Shown in pieces: positions 31,257 through 40,905 of a stretch of 64,000 bases of DNA; the stretch's first letter is position 1; the number at the start of each line of letters is the position of its first letter. A program made the position numbers and the translations under genes. The DNA comes from Candidatus Bathyarchaeota archaeon (GTDB lineage: Archaea > Thermoproteota > Bathyarchaeia > Bathyarchaeales > Bathycorpusculaceae), in the NCBI GenBank assembly GCA_963707955.1, contig OY970176.1, forward strand, positions 1,888,001 through 1,952,000, given 5' to 3'. The notes beneath the pieces were generated by a model. It did not search any database. It saw only the letters and a list, made by a program, of their open reading frames with translations, and was not told the DNA's origin.

Positions 31257-32137
31257 TATCTGTGAAATATGCTTTCTTCTTGGGCTGTTTGATACCTGCT
31301 AGGCAACCGCACTACGAGAATTCAGTCCGAAAGATTCTTCCTCAACTCGGCGTGGAGCTTGTCGATATGGATGGCGCAAACTGCTGTGCTCCGTTCAGCA
31401 TTCAATCTTTGGACTACACTAGTTGGCTTGCGTTGGCCGCCAGAAACCTCTGCATAGCTGAGCAGATGGGACTTAACATCATGACACTGTGCAACGACTG
31501 CTACGAATCTCTTCTGGCAGTGAACACGCTTTTGAAAGAGAACAAGGACCTGCGAGACAGTGTGAACAAGATTCTCTCTGATGTGGGCATGGAGTTCAAA
31601 GGAAAGACAGACGTCAAAATCTTCAGCGACGTTTTGTACGAGGACGTGGGCTTAGAAAAGGTGAAGGACGCTGTCAAGAAACCATTCGATGGACTTCGAG
31701 TGGCAGTGCAGCCAGGATGCCACCTGACAAAGCCTAAACGGATACATTTTGAACAGCAGATAGGTCAACTGGCCTTGGAAAAGCTTGTGGAGGCGACCGG
31801 TGCAATATCGGTACCGTACGAGAGAAAAGAGGCTTGTTGCGGCGGCCCGCTTCGAGGCATCAACGATGAAGTTGCGCTGCAGGTGGCAAAGCAAAAACTG
31901 GATTGTATGAGGGCCGCGGGGGTTGATTGCATAACAACTGTATGTCCATTCTGCTATCTGGAACTCGACATGGGACAGATAGAGATCAAAAGGCACCTAA
32001 ACGAAGACTACAACTTCCCAGTGCTGCATTTTGCCGAGTTACTCAGGATAGCGATGGGCATCAAACTGGAAGATTGGGAAGTAAAAGCCCACAGGATTCC
32101 GATCACGAAAATATTGGACATGGCGGAGGCGAAATGA
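31253..32137 (+). CDS. hdrB: Heterodisulfide reductase subunit B (copy 2)
   Basis: FLGC..NCCA..CNDC and GCH..ACCG..CPFC. Confidence 0.92.
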   Translation: MISVKYAFFLGCLIPARQPHYENSVRKILPQLGVELVDMDGANCCAPFSIQSLDYTSWLALAARNLCIAEQMGLNIMTLCNDCYESLLAVNTLLKENKDLRDSVNKILSDVGMEFKGKTDVKIFSDVLYEDVGLEKVKDAVKKPFDGLRVAVQPGCHLTKPKRIHFEQQIGQLALEKLVEATGAISVPYERKEACCGGPLRGINDEVALQVAKQKLDCMRAAGVDCITTVCPFCYLELDMGQIEIKRHLNEDYNFPVLHFAELLRIAMGIKLEDWEVKAHRIPITKILDMAEAK

Positions 32138-32138
32138 T

Positions 32139-33443
32139 ATGCCGAAAGCAGTCATGGTAGTAGGAGGCGGCATAGCAGGCATACAAGCTTCTCTAGACTT
32201 GGCGAACAGGGGACTAAAAGTATACTTGGTTGAGAAGAGACCAAGCATAGGCGGAAGGATGGCACAGTTAGATAAGACTTTCCCGACGATGGACTGTTCG
32301 ATGTGCATTCTAGCGCCAAAGATGATAGAGTGCTCTCACCACCCGAACGTTCAACTATTGACTTATTCGGAAGTGAAGGCTGTAAAGGGCTCGGCTGGCA
32401 ACTTCAAGGTCACAGTTCTCAAGAAGCCGAGATATGTTGACGAGAAAAAGTGCAGCGGATGCCTGATCTGCGCGCAGAACTGCCCCACTGAAGCACTCAA
32501 CGAGTTTGATGAATACATAGGCGTGAGAAAGGCTATCTACATGCCCTTCATGCAGGCAGTTCCGAGGGTCGCAGTCATAGACAAGGAAGACTGCGTTGAG
32601 TGCGGACTTTGCGACAAGGTCTGCCCAAACAAGGCCGTGAACAGAGCTCAACAACCAGAAGAGATTGAACTTGACGTTGGAGCGATAGTTCTTGCAACAG
32701 GCTTCGACGTGTTCAACCCCTCAGTGATAACACAATACGGATACAAGCGCTTCAAGAACGTCGTTACAGCCATGGAACTCGAACGCCTTCTGTGCGCATC
32801 AGGTCCAACTGGCGGACATCTGATGAGACCATCAGATGGCAAGATACCAAGAAGCATAGCTTTCATTCAGTGCGTGGGTTCCCGTGACAGAAGAAGCTGG
32901 ATCGGCCACTCCTACTGTTCAAGCATCTGCTGCAAGTATGCGGTCAAGGACGCGGTACTCATAAAAGAACATGAACCGAGTTCTCTCGTCACTATTTTCT
33001 ACATAGACATGCGGGCGTTCGGCAAAGGGTTCCAAGAGTTCGTGAACAGGGCGAAGTCCGAGTTTGGAGTAGAGTTCATTCGAAGCAACCCTGGAGAGAT
33101 CTCAGAGGACCCGAAGACGGGCAACTTGATCGTTTGCTTTGAGGACCCGATAACCCGAACCGTTCAGAGTATCCCCTTTGACCTGGTGGTGCTGAGTCCA
33201 GCCTTGGTCCCAAGCGAAGGGGTTGCGGAGCTGTCGAAGACGGTGGGAGTGCAGCTGGACAATTATGGATTCTTCAAGCTGGAAGATTCGGTGAGAAGAC
33301 CGTTGGACACCACTGTGCCAGGCATTTTTGCCTGTGGTTATTGCGTGGGTCCCAAGACTGGGGATATTCCGGACTCGATAACTCAGGGAAGCGCCACGGC
33401 CGGTCGAGTGGCTGAACTCTTGAAGATTAAGGAGGCAGCATAG
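32139..33443 (+). CDS. hdrA: HdrA-like protein equivalent to the N-terminal half of the large HdrA
   Basis: GGGIAG, LDKTFPTMDCSMC, ferredoxin insert, QCVGSR..CSSICC; colinear with residues ~1-425 of 27527-30547. Confidence 0.9.
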   Translation: MPKAVMVVGGGIAGIQASLDLANRGLKVYLVEKRPSIGGRMAQLDKTFPTMDCSMCILAPKMIECSHHPNVQLLTYSEVKAVKGSAGNFKVTVLKKPRYVDEKKCSGCLICAQNCPTEALNEFDEYIGVRKAIYMPFMQAVPRVAVIDKEDCVECGLCDKVCPNKAVNRAQQPEEIELDVGAIVLATGFDVFNPSVITQYGYKRFKNVVTAMELERLLCASGPTGGHLMRPSDGKIPRSIAFIQCVGSRDRRSWIGHSYCSSICCKYAVKDAVLIKEHEPSSLVTIFYIDMRAFGKGFQEFVNRAKSEFGVEFIRSNPGEISEDPKTGNLIVCFEDPITRTVQSIPFDLVVLSPALVPSEGVAELSKTVGVQLDNYGFFKLEDSVRRPLDTTVPGIFACGYCVGPKTGDIPDSITQGSATAGRVAELLKIKEAA

Positions 33444-35231
33444 ATGACGGAAGAACCACGCGTAGGCGTCTTCATCTGCAGCTGCGGAGTCAACATAGGC
33501 GGTGTAGTCAACGTTCCAGAAGTCACTGAGTACGCCAAGAAACTTCGGAATGTAGCTCACGCCGAATACAACCTCTACACGTGCTCAGAAGCTGGGTTGG
33601 ACGCCATAAAAGAAGCAATCAAGGAGCACGGTCTGAACCGTGTTGTTGTCGCATCCTGCACGCCGAGAACGCACGAGCCCTTGTTCCGGGCTTGCTGCAG
33701 GGAGGCAGGCTTGAACCCATACCTGTTCGAAATGGCCAACCTCCGCGAACATGTCAGCTGGGTGCACGGGCATGAGCATCAGAAAGCGACAGAAAAGGCT
33801 AAGGACATCGTCAGGATGGCTGTGGCAAAAGCTGCTCTGCTTGAGCCTGAGACTGAACCGGAGGTTGAGGTTAAGGATGTTTCGCTCGTGATCGGAGCGG
33901 GAGTGGCTGGGTTATCAGCAGCGATTTCCATGGCAAACCAGGGCTTCAAGGTGTACTTGGCCGAGAAGGAGAAGGAACCAGGCGGGATTACACGTTGGCT
34001 TTACAAACTGTACCCAACACTGGAAGATTCCTCCGAAGTTGTCGGACCCATGGTGAAAGCCGTGAAGTCTCACGAGAACATTGAACTCATGACATCAACA
34101 ACCCTCAAGGACGTCAGCGGCTACGTTGGTAACTTCAACGCTGTCCTGACAGGCCCGAAAGGTGATGAGGAAGTTAAAGTTGGGACGATAATAGTGGCCT
34201 CCGGCTCCTCTAACTACACGCCTCCGAACGGCTTCTACCAGTATGGCGTGAGCGACCACGTGATAACCCAGAGAGAACTCGACGGGATGCTTAGAAAAGA
34301 CGAGCTTGGGACGCCGGAAAGAGTCGTCATGATACAATGCGTCGGAGCAAGGAAAGGTGAAATCCGACCGTCCGAGCTTGAGGCCTTTCCAAAATCCGAC
34401 ACAGCCGAGCTTCTCAGAAAGATCCTCAAAGCACGAAAGGAGGAAGGATGGCCCTACTGTTCAAGAATCTGCTGCATGAACGCCATAAAGAACGCTATAC
34501 TTGTGAAAGAAAGATCACCCAAAACGGACGTAGTCGTACTCTTTGGAGACCTAAGAGTCTACAAGGAATACGAAGACTTCTATCGGAAGGCAAGAGATCT
34601 TGAAGTGAGGTTTGTGAGGCACATTGAGGTGAAGCCCGAAGTTGTACAGGAGCAGGGCGGCAAGCTCGCAGTAATAGCCTATGACGCGTTATCCGGCCTT
34701 GAGGTCAGATTCCCATCAGACTGGGTTGTTCTTTCAACCCCGCTCATTCCCAACAAGGATGAGATAACGCTTGGAAGAATGCTGAAGGTTCCGATAGGAA
34801 CCGACGGTTTCATGATGGAAGCACACTTGAAGCTCAGACCAGTGGACACGAACGTGGACGGCGTTTTCGTCGCGGGCACCGTTTCCGGCCCGAAGGACGT
34901 TTCAGAGAGCATAATCGGGGGCGAAGCAGCGGCGGCTAGAGCGTCAATCCTGATGGGTAACAGAAAGGTCAGAACAGAAGCCATAACAGCGGTCGTGGAC
35001 GAGGATCAATGCATCGGGTGTGGCCTGTGCGAGGAGATCTGTCCCTACGGGGCGCCAAAGGTTCAGGATGGCAAGTCAAAAGTCCTAGAGGTGCTCTGCA
35101 GAGGATGCGGTTCATGCGCCGCGGAGTGTCCGAAACGGGCAATAACGATGCGTCACTTCAGCGAAGATCAGATACTTGCTCAAGTGAAGGCGCTTCTGAT
35201 GCCTGAGGCCCTAAAGGAGGTAGCATCCTAA
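33444..35231 (+). CDS. hdrA: HdrA-like protein equivalent to the C-terminal half of the large HdrA
   Basis: Starts EPRVGVFICSCGVNIGG; CTPRTHE, GAGVAG, QCVGAR..CSRICC, C-terminal 2x[4Fe-4S]. Confidence 0.9.
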   Translation: MTEEPRVGVFICSCGVNIGGVVNVPEVTEYAKKLRNVAHAEYNLYTCSEAGLDAIKEAIKEHGLNRVVVASCTPRTHEPLFRACCREAGLNPYLFEMANLREHVSWVHGHEHQKATEKAKDIVRMAVAKAALLEPETEPEVEVKDVSLVIGAGVAGLSAAISMANQGFKVYLAEKEKEPGGITRWLYKLYPTLEDSSEVVGPMVKAVKSHENIELMTSTTLKDVSGYVGNFNAVLTGPKGDEEVKVGTIIVASGSSNYTPPNGFYQYGVSDHVITQRELDGMLRKDELGTPERVVMIQCVGARKGEIRPSELEAFPKSDTAELLRKILKARKEEGWPYCSRICCMNAIKNAILVKERSPKTDVVVLFGDLRVYKEYEDFYRKARDLEVRFVRHIEVKPEVVQEQGGKLAVIAYDALSGLEVRFPSDWVVLSTPLIPNKDEITLGRMLKVPIGTDGFMMEAHLKLRPVDTNVDGVFVAGTVSGPKDVSESIIGGEAAAARASILMGNRKVRTEAITAVVDEDQCIGCGLCEEICPYGAPKVQDGKSKVLEVLCRGCGSCAAECPKRAITMRHFSEDQILAQVKALLMPEALKEVAS

Positions 35232-35690
35232 ATGGCGAAACAAGACGTTCTTGGAGAGAAGACGAAGGAGGAGTTTGAACCAGTAATCGTCGCATACTGC
35301 TGCAACTGGTGCTCCTACGCAGGCGCAGACTTGGCAGGGACGAGTCGATTCGAATATCCGACAAACATCAGAATCGTTCGAATAATGTGCACCGGCAGAA
35401 TGGACCCGACGCTAGTGCTGGAAGCACTGAGCATGGGAGCCGATGCCGTCATAATCGCTGGTTGTCACCCAGGTGACTGTCACTACCAAAAGGGCAACTA
35501 CATGATGGAAAAGAGGTTTGAGTACATCAAGAAAGCTGTTCAGAGCATAGGCATTGAGCCGGAACGCGTGAGGCTCGAGTGGATCTCAGCGAGTGAGGGA
35601 GGAAAGTGGGCAGTTCTGATCAGAGAGATGACGGAGCAAGTGAAGGCCTTGGGGCCCAGTCCTTTCCGAGTAACCGCGAACTCGAAGTAG
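35232..35690 (+). CDS. mvhD: MvhD [2Fe-2S] subunit (copy 2)
   Basis: CCNWCSYAGADLAG, RIMCTGR, GCHPGDCHY, WISASEG. Confidence 0.93.
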   Translation: MAKQDVLGEKTKEEFEPVIVAYCCNWCSYAGADLAGTSRFEYPTNIRIVRIMCTGRMDPTLVLEALSMGADAVIIAGCHPGDCHYQKGNYMMEKRFEYIKKAVQSIGIEPERVRLEWISASEGGKWAVLIREMTEQVKALGPSPFRVTANSK

Positions 35691-36043
35691 GTGAAAATGA
35701 TGAGCGAAAAGAAGGAGAAGATGAAGAGAAGGACTGACGCGACAATAGATGCTTTCAAGTCTCAGAGATTACGGTGGGTCATGGGAAGATCGCAGATAAA
35801 AGTTGAAGTCGATGAAGACAAGTACAAGAAAGCAGTGGATTCGATTATGCGCGATGAGGTTGAAGAAACCTGATCAAGGGTGCACTCAAGGAAAAAGGCC
35901 CGCTTACCGTGGAAGAGATCTCGCAGTTAACCGGGCTTCAGCCCAGCGTGATAGTTCAGCACATCATAGCACTCAGAAAGAACGGCGTTATCGCGGAAGC
36001 TGGAGAAAAGAACAGGCAATATCTCTACACTTGCATAGCTTAG
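35691..36043 (+). pseudogene. Frameshifted winged-helix protein at the end of the second hdr operon
   Basis: ORF 35691-35873 continues after a 1-nt shift at ~35866 as NLIKGALKEKGPLTVEEISQLTGLQPSVIVQHIIALRKNGVIAEAGEKNRQYLY to TAG 36043; aligns by eye with 36766-37023. Confidence 0.75.
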
Positions 36044-36336
36044 CAAGCTAGCGCATATAGTAGGTGGACTTTTCCAAGTTGACTCCCCCGTGTTTTTAGG
36101 TAACGTCAGTGGTAATGTTGTGTGGTAACGAGCCTTGAAGAGGCAGGCATGGCGTTTTCCGATGGCCGATGGTTACTGGCACGGTTCGAGTGGGTGTTTG
36201 TGTGCTCACGCCCTTCCCCTGGGTATGCTATATGATCCAAATATGGTTGAAGCGCAAAATGAGTAGCACAAGCTACTTCCCAAAAGAATTCAGGAACACG
36301 CTAGCGCGCGGAGCAAACGGCAACGCTTTCTCCTGA

Positions 36337-36696
36337 CTACAGTTTTTCTATGCACTCTGGATGTATGTCTCCGGGAAAGTCGTGGTCGTAAAAGTAGATT
36401 CTGCTCTTTTCTACATCGACTTCAGCACGGTCATGTACGGTCGCTCGATTCAAAAGATTCTGGTAGTCCTCGGTGCTCGAAATCTGAACCTTTCTGAGAA
36501 GTTTTTCTTTGGTGCTTAACGGTTTCTGGCAGACTTCGCAGAGCATTTCGACTACGCGGATTAATTCGAAGCATTTGCCTCTTAGTTCCTCAAACTTGAC
36601 TTCTGTCAGATCTTTTCTCAAGAGAGTCTCCGTTCTTGAATGTTCGTAAATCTGAGATATAATTGTATGCATGTCCTGCACGCCGGAAAGGGACAT
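36337..36696 (-). CDS. Hypothetical protein with split CxxC...HxxC Zn-binding motif
   Basis: CEVCQKPL ... IHPECIEKL; protein-like composition; divergent from the neighbouring wHTH gene. Confidence 0.6.
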   Translation of the reverse strand: MSLSGVQDMHTIISQIYEHSRTETLLRKDLTEVKFEELRGKCFELIRVVEMLCEVCQKPLSTKEKLLRKVQISSTEDYQNLLNRATVHDRAEVDVEKSRIYFYDHDFPGDIHPECIEKL

Positions 36697-36765
36697 CTGA
36701 TTTTGATTTGCATCGGAATCATTTTTATATACAGCCTACCGACCTGAGTTAGTCTTCTCAAGGAA

Positions 36766-37023
36766 GTGGCACGCTTGTCTGAAAAACTGAAGATAAGCCC
36801 GGAAAAAGCGAAAGAGATGCAGGAGCGCAATAAGGAGAGAAACCTGATAGTTCAGGCAATGAAGAATCACGACTCATTGACTGTTGAGGAAATTTCAAAG
36901 GTCACAGGCATTGAAAAGTCGAGGGTTTTGAGACACCTGATTGCGATGACAGCGTTTGGAAAAGTGCAGATTGCGGGGGACCGAGACAACCAAATCGTCT
37001 ATAGCCTGCCAAAAGAAGACTAG
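36766..37023 (+). CDS. Small winged helix-turn-helix protein
   Basis: LTVEEISKVTGIEKSRVLRHLIAM...GKVQ HTH plus wing. Confidence 0.8.
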   Translation: MARLSEKLKISPEKAKEMQERNKERNLIVQAMKNHDSLTVEEISKVTGIEKSRVLRHLIAMTAFGKVQIAGDRDNQIVYSLPKED

Positions 37024-37033
37024 TTTTGGGGAA

Positions 37034-39856
37034 CTAGGTTTCCGCGTTTTCCAAGATGTCGTTTTGTGACGCGTCAGTTCTCTCTGCTTGTTCCTGTCTT
37101 AGTGGTTCCTGAGATTCTTGTTGTGCCTTCTCGGCGGTTTGACTCTCTGAGCATGGAACTTGCTCTTCCTCTCTCAAGTTAACTGTTGCTTTAACCGTGC
37201 CATCACCTGCGTACTCAGTCGTGAAGCCCATCTTCTTCATGAGGCTGATGGCTCTGTAGTTGTCTGGAAGTATTATGGCGTAGACGGTTTCAACTTTCAT
37301 GTCTTTGCAGATTTCAAGCGCATAATCAACCATTTTTGTGCCCAAGCCGAGACCTTGCCATGGATCAGCAACGATGAAGGCTATTTCGCCTTTTTTCCCG
37401 TCTGGTTCAATGCTGACCCTTGTGACTCCGAGAATTTTTCTGCGGCCATCTTCCGTCAGTTCTGGCACTATGGCTATTTCTCTGTCGTAGTCAATGTTGC
37501 AGTAGCGGACTCTGGTCTCGTGTGGCGTGTCTTTCAGTATTTGGAAGAAGCGGTAGCGTATCGATTCTTCTGAAAAGTTCTGGAACATTTCCAGCCACAA
37601 GGGTTCGTCCTCGGGCTTTATTGGTCTCAGAATGACTGTGCGGCCGTCTCGAAGTTTCCACATTGTTTCGTATTTTTTCGGGTAAGGAGTTATCACCAGG
37701 TGCTCGTGAGGCTCAAGCTTCTTGAACACGCGGTCCTTGTCGATCACGATGCGGGCGTCAAGTGCAATTGCTTCTTTCTCGTTAATGAACAGCGGATTGA
37801 TGTCAACTTCCCTGAGCTGTGGAAAGTCCACGAGCATCTGGCTGAATCGCACGAGTATCTCTTCGAGGAGTTTGATGTTAGCTGGCGGCACGTTTCTGTA
37901 ACCTCTTAGAAGCTGGTAGACCTTTGTCTCCTCCATCATTCTTCGAACCAGGGTTTGATTAAGCGGGGGAATTCCGAGGGCAAAATCTTTGAACAGTTCG
38001 ACGCCGACGCCTCCCATTCCGAACAGTATCACAGGACCGAACAGGGGGTCGGCTTTTGCGCCAATTATGACTTCATAGCCTTGCTTCTTCACCATGGGTT
38101 GCACGGTGACGCCCAGAATCTCAGCGTTCGGGTTGTGTTCTTTACCCGCTTTCACAATATGGTTGAAAGCGTTTCGAACTTCGGTTTCGTTGCCGATGTC
38201 GAGTACGACGCCGCCTGCGTCCGTTTTGTGCACTATCTGGGGAGAGACGATTTTGAGCACAACAGGGTAGCCTATCTGCTGGGCCAAGAGGGCAGCTTCG
38301 TCTTCAGTTCGGGCAACTCTTGTCTTGACGACGGGTAGATTGTAGTACTCCAAGAAGGTCTTGGCTTCAGCTTCATTCATTGTTTCGCGGTTCTCGCTTG
38401 CGACGTTTCTCATTATCGCCATTAGTGGCCGCTTCGGCGGGACAACGTCAACTGGAAGTTCTTCAGGTGTCTCGTACTGTAGCTCCAGGTTGCGTTTGTA
38501 CTGGTACATGTAGTGATAAGTCTTGATTGCTTGTTCAGGTGTGGAGTATGTGGGGATGCTGTTCTCGTGAAATACGCGGTTGGCCTCTTCCACGGCTCCG
38601 TAACCCATGAAAGAAGTCAAGATCGTCTTGTTTAGGGAACCTCTGCTCTTACACAGTTCCACGATGCTCTTGGCAACTGCAACGGGTTCAGCAACTGCTT
38701 GAGCGGTGTATATTATGGCTATGCCGTCGACGTTTTCATCGTCTAGGCAGGCTTCAACCACTGCTCTGTACCTGTCAGCCTTGGCGTCTCCCAGAATGTC
38801 AATTGGATTCCCTCTGCTCCAGTAGTGCGGTAAGATGCTGTTGAGTTTCTCCATTGTCTTTTCACTGAGTTTAGCCAGCTTTCCTCCGCGAGCTATGAGG
38901 GCGTCGGTCGCCATCACTCCTGGGCCGCCTGCGTTTGTGATTATGGCAAGGTTTGGACCTTGTGGCAGAGGTTGCATGCCCAAGACTTCGGCACAGTTGA
39001 AAAGGTCAGCGATGTCATCTACACGGACCATTCCGGCACGCTTGAACGCCTTGTCGTATATCAAATCCTCACCCGTCAGTGAGCCTGTGTGCGAAGCAGC
39101 AGCTTTGGCGCTTTCGCTGAACTTTCCAGCTTTAATCACGATTATCGGTTTGGTTCTTGCGAAGTGTCTGGCCGCGCTCATAAATCCTCGAGCGTCGGTT
39201 ATTCCTTCTATGTACATGAGAATGCTTCTTGTCTTAGGGTCGGTGCCGAAATAGTCTATTAGATCACCAAAATCGACGTCAACCATTGAACCCAAGGAGA
39301 CGAAGTTGCTGAAGCCAATGTTTTCATGCATCGCCCAGTCGAGGATAGCGGAGCCTAACGCACCGCTCTGTGATAGAAAGGCTATTTTGCCTGGTTTCGG
39401 CATCTTACTCATGAAAGTAGCGTTGAGACTGATGCTCGGACGAATGACGCCCAGGCAGTTGGGCCCCACGATCCGCATGCCATATTTCTTCCTGATTTCG
39501 GTGATCCTGTCTTCCAGTGCCCTGCCTTCGGGCCCGATCTCTTTAAAGCCTGCTGAAATTATGATCACGCCGTTTATTCCGGCTTTTCCACACTGCTCAA
39601 GCACGTCTGGGACAGTTCTGCTAGGAGTGGCGATTACGGCAAGGTCAACTGTTTCAGGAATCTGCTCCACGCTTGCGTAGGCCTTGAGGCCAAGAATCTC
39701 GCTCTTGTGAAGGTTGACTGGGAAAATCTTTCCCTCAAACTTCAAGTCTATGAAATTCTTAATGAGTGCATACCCAACAGAGCCCACTTCGTCACTGGCT
39801 CCGACCACAGCGATGGTCTTGGGATTAAAAATCTTGTCCAGGTTCAACGTAACCAA
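37034..39856 (-). CDS. ADP-forming acyl-CoA synthetase (alpha+beta) fused to a C-terminal GNAT domain (Pat/YfiQ architecture)
   Basis: AVVGAS, VGPNCLG, SQSGA, AASHTGSL, TNAGGPGV, NPIDILGDA, ATP-grasp (VHKTDAGGV, DPLFGPVILFG, DINP), GNAT (RPIKPED, IDYDRE, WQGLGLG). Confidence 0.92.
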   Translation of the reverse strand: MVTLNLDKIFNPKTIAVVGASDEVGSVGYALIKNFIDLKFEGKIFPVNLHKSEILGLKAYASVEQIPETVDLAVIATPSRTVPDVLEQCGKAGINGVIIISAGFKEIGPEGRALEDRITEIRKKYGMRIVGPNCLGVIRPSISLNATFMSKMPKPGKIAFLSQSGALGSAILDWAMHENIGFSNFVSLGSMVDVDFGDLIDYFGTDPKTRSILMYIEGITDARGFMSAARHFARTKPIIVIKAGKFSESAKAAASHTGSLTGEDLIYDKAFKRAGMVRVDDIADLFNCAEVLGMQPLPQGPNLAIITNAGGPGVMATDALIARGGKLAKLSEKTMEKLNSILPHYWSRGNPIDILGDAKADRYRAVVEACLDDENVDGIAIIYTAQAVAEPVAVAKSIVELCKSRGSLNKTILTSFMGYGAVEEANRVFHENSIPTYSTPEQAIKTYHYMYQYKRNLELQYETPEELPVDVVPPKRPLMAIMRNVASENRETMNEAEAKTFLEYYNLPVVKTRVARTEDEAALLAQQIGYPVVLKIVSPQIVHKTDAGGVVLDIGNETEVRNAFNHIVKAGKEHNPNAEILGVTVQPMVKKQGYEVIIGAKADPLFGPVILFGMGGVGVELFKDFALGIPPLNQTLVRRMMEETKVYQLLRGYRNVPPANIKLLEEILVRFSQMLVDFPQLREVDINPLFINEKEAIALDARIVIDKDRVFKKLEPHEHLVITPYPKKYETMWKLRDGRTVILRPIKPEDEPLWLEMFQNFSEESIRYRFFQILKDTPHETRVRYCNIDYDREIAIVPELTEDGRRKILGVTRVSIEPDGKKGEIAFIVADPWQGLGLGTKMVDYALEICKDMKVETVYAIILPDNYRAISLMKKMGFTTEYAGDGTVKATVNLREEEQVPCSESQTAEKAQQESQEPLRQEQAERTDASQNDILENAET

Positions 39857-40044
39857 AGGTACAACCTTCTGAGTCTAGGTCTTGATGTTTTAGGGAAAAT
39901 TAAAACTTTATGTCTCAACAATACAGCATTTGCTTGGAAAACTCTCCTCTCAGCCCTTTCTGGCAGAAGCAAAGTCTCTATATTCAGAAACGCTTAATTC
40001 AACGTTTTCTTTACGGGAAATAATCACTGGAAGCGACGACACCG

Positions 40045-40905
40045 ATGCGTGCACATAGTAAGCAGGTCTCAGGCAGCGAGCGTGAAACCGGTCGCAGAGA
40101 AGAACCATTAGCGTTGATCTTCATCTACAGTGGAGAGTTTGCAGAACGAGTGATTAGGAATTTGATAAACGATCCCAGCTTCTGCAAGTCCTGCGACCTG
40201 TCCTGTGACTCTTGCAAGTACGGCGTGTACAGTCACGTTCAGAACGTTCGAGCAGCCGTGGAACTGCCGAGCCCTTCTGATCTTCCAGCTTTCATAGACT
40301 TTCCAGAAAAACATATGCCGAAGAACATTCCTCGGGCTGATTTATGCGTTGCCTCAGGTTTGCACAAAGACCTGCTGCTTGAACTGCCAAACCACTTGAA
40401 GAAAGCCGGAGTGAAAGGTTTGATCGTGCCGATAGAAGACTTCGTAGACGTTCCCACAGGCTTAATAAAGCAGGTGGAGGAAAAGTGTCGAGAACTAGGC
40501 TTGGAAGTTGCGTTTCCAAAACCCTTCTGTTCGCTGAAACCGTCAGCAAGCACACCGATAATATCGAGGTTCATAACTGAACTCAACGTTGGAAGACCTT
40601 CCCTTGAAATTTCAACTGTTAAAAGAGGCGGCCACGAATTGATAGATTCTGCCATTGTAAGACGAAGCGCCCCATGCGGCTCCACATGGTACGTAGCAAG
40701 AAAATTGATAGGAACCGAAACGAAAACGGACACGCTTTATGACGCTGTGGCAAAGGCCCATCACAGTTACCCGTGCACTGCGACGATGGGAGTGGATCCA
40801 GAAACGAAGGAGCCGATACTTCACATGGGAGGCTACGTAATACGAGAAGAAGTGGAGAAAGCGCTGAAGACAGCTAAAATGAGACTTAAGGAAAAACGAA
40901 AATAG
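40045..40905 (+). CDS. DUF166-family protein with N-terminal Cys cluster
   Basis: FIDFPE, LHKDL, FPKPFCSL, VGRP, RSAPCGSTWYVA, HHSYPCTATM; extra CKSCDLSCDSC. Confidence 0.75.
   Translation: MRAHSKQVSGSERETGRREEPLALIFIYSGEFAERVIRNLINDPSFCKSCDLSCDSCKYGVYSHVQNVRAAVELPSPSDLPAFIDFPEKHMPKNIPRADLCVASGLHKDLLLELPNHLKKAGVKGLIVPIEDFVDVPTGLIKQVEEKCRELGLEVAFPKPFCSLKPSASTPIISRFITELNVGRPSLEISTVKRGGHELIDSAIVRRSAPCGSTWYVARKLIGTETKTDTLYDAVAKAHHSYPCTATMGVDPETKEPILHMGGYVIREEVEKALKTAKMRLKEKRK

Noticed and set aside
23235-35690. Evidence for methanogenesis
   Set aside because: Mvh/Hdr and Cdh also occur in non-methanogens; there is no mcr or mtr gene in the window.
35871-35873. In-frame TGA as possible selenocysteine
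   Set aside because: Similarity to the wHTH paralog continues in a different frame, so this is a frameshift; the position is also not a Cys site.
36060-36300. Possible tRNA or other RNA (GGTTCGAG at ~36183)
   Set aside because: No cloverleaf or acceptor stem could be built around it.
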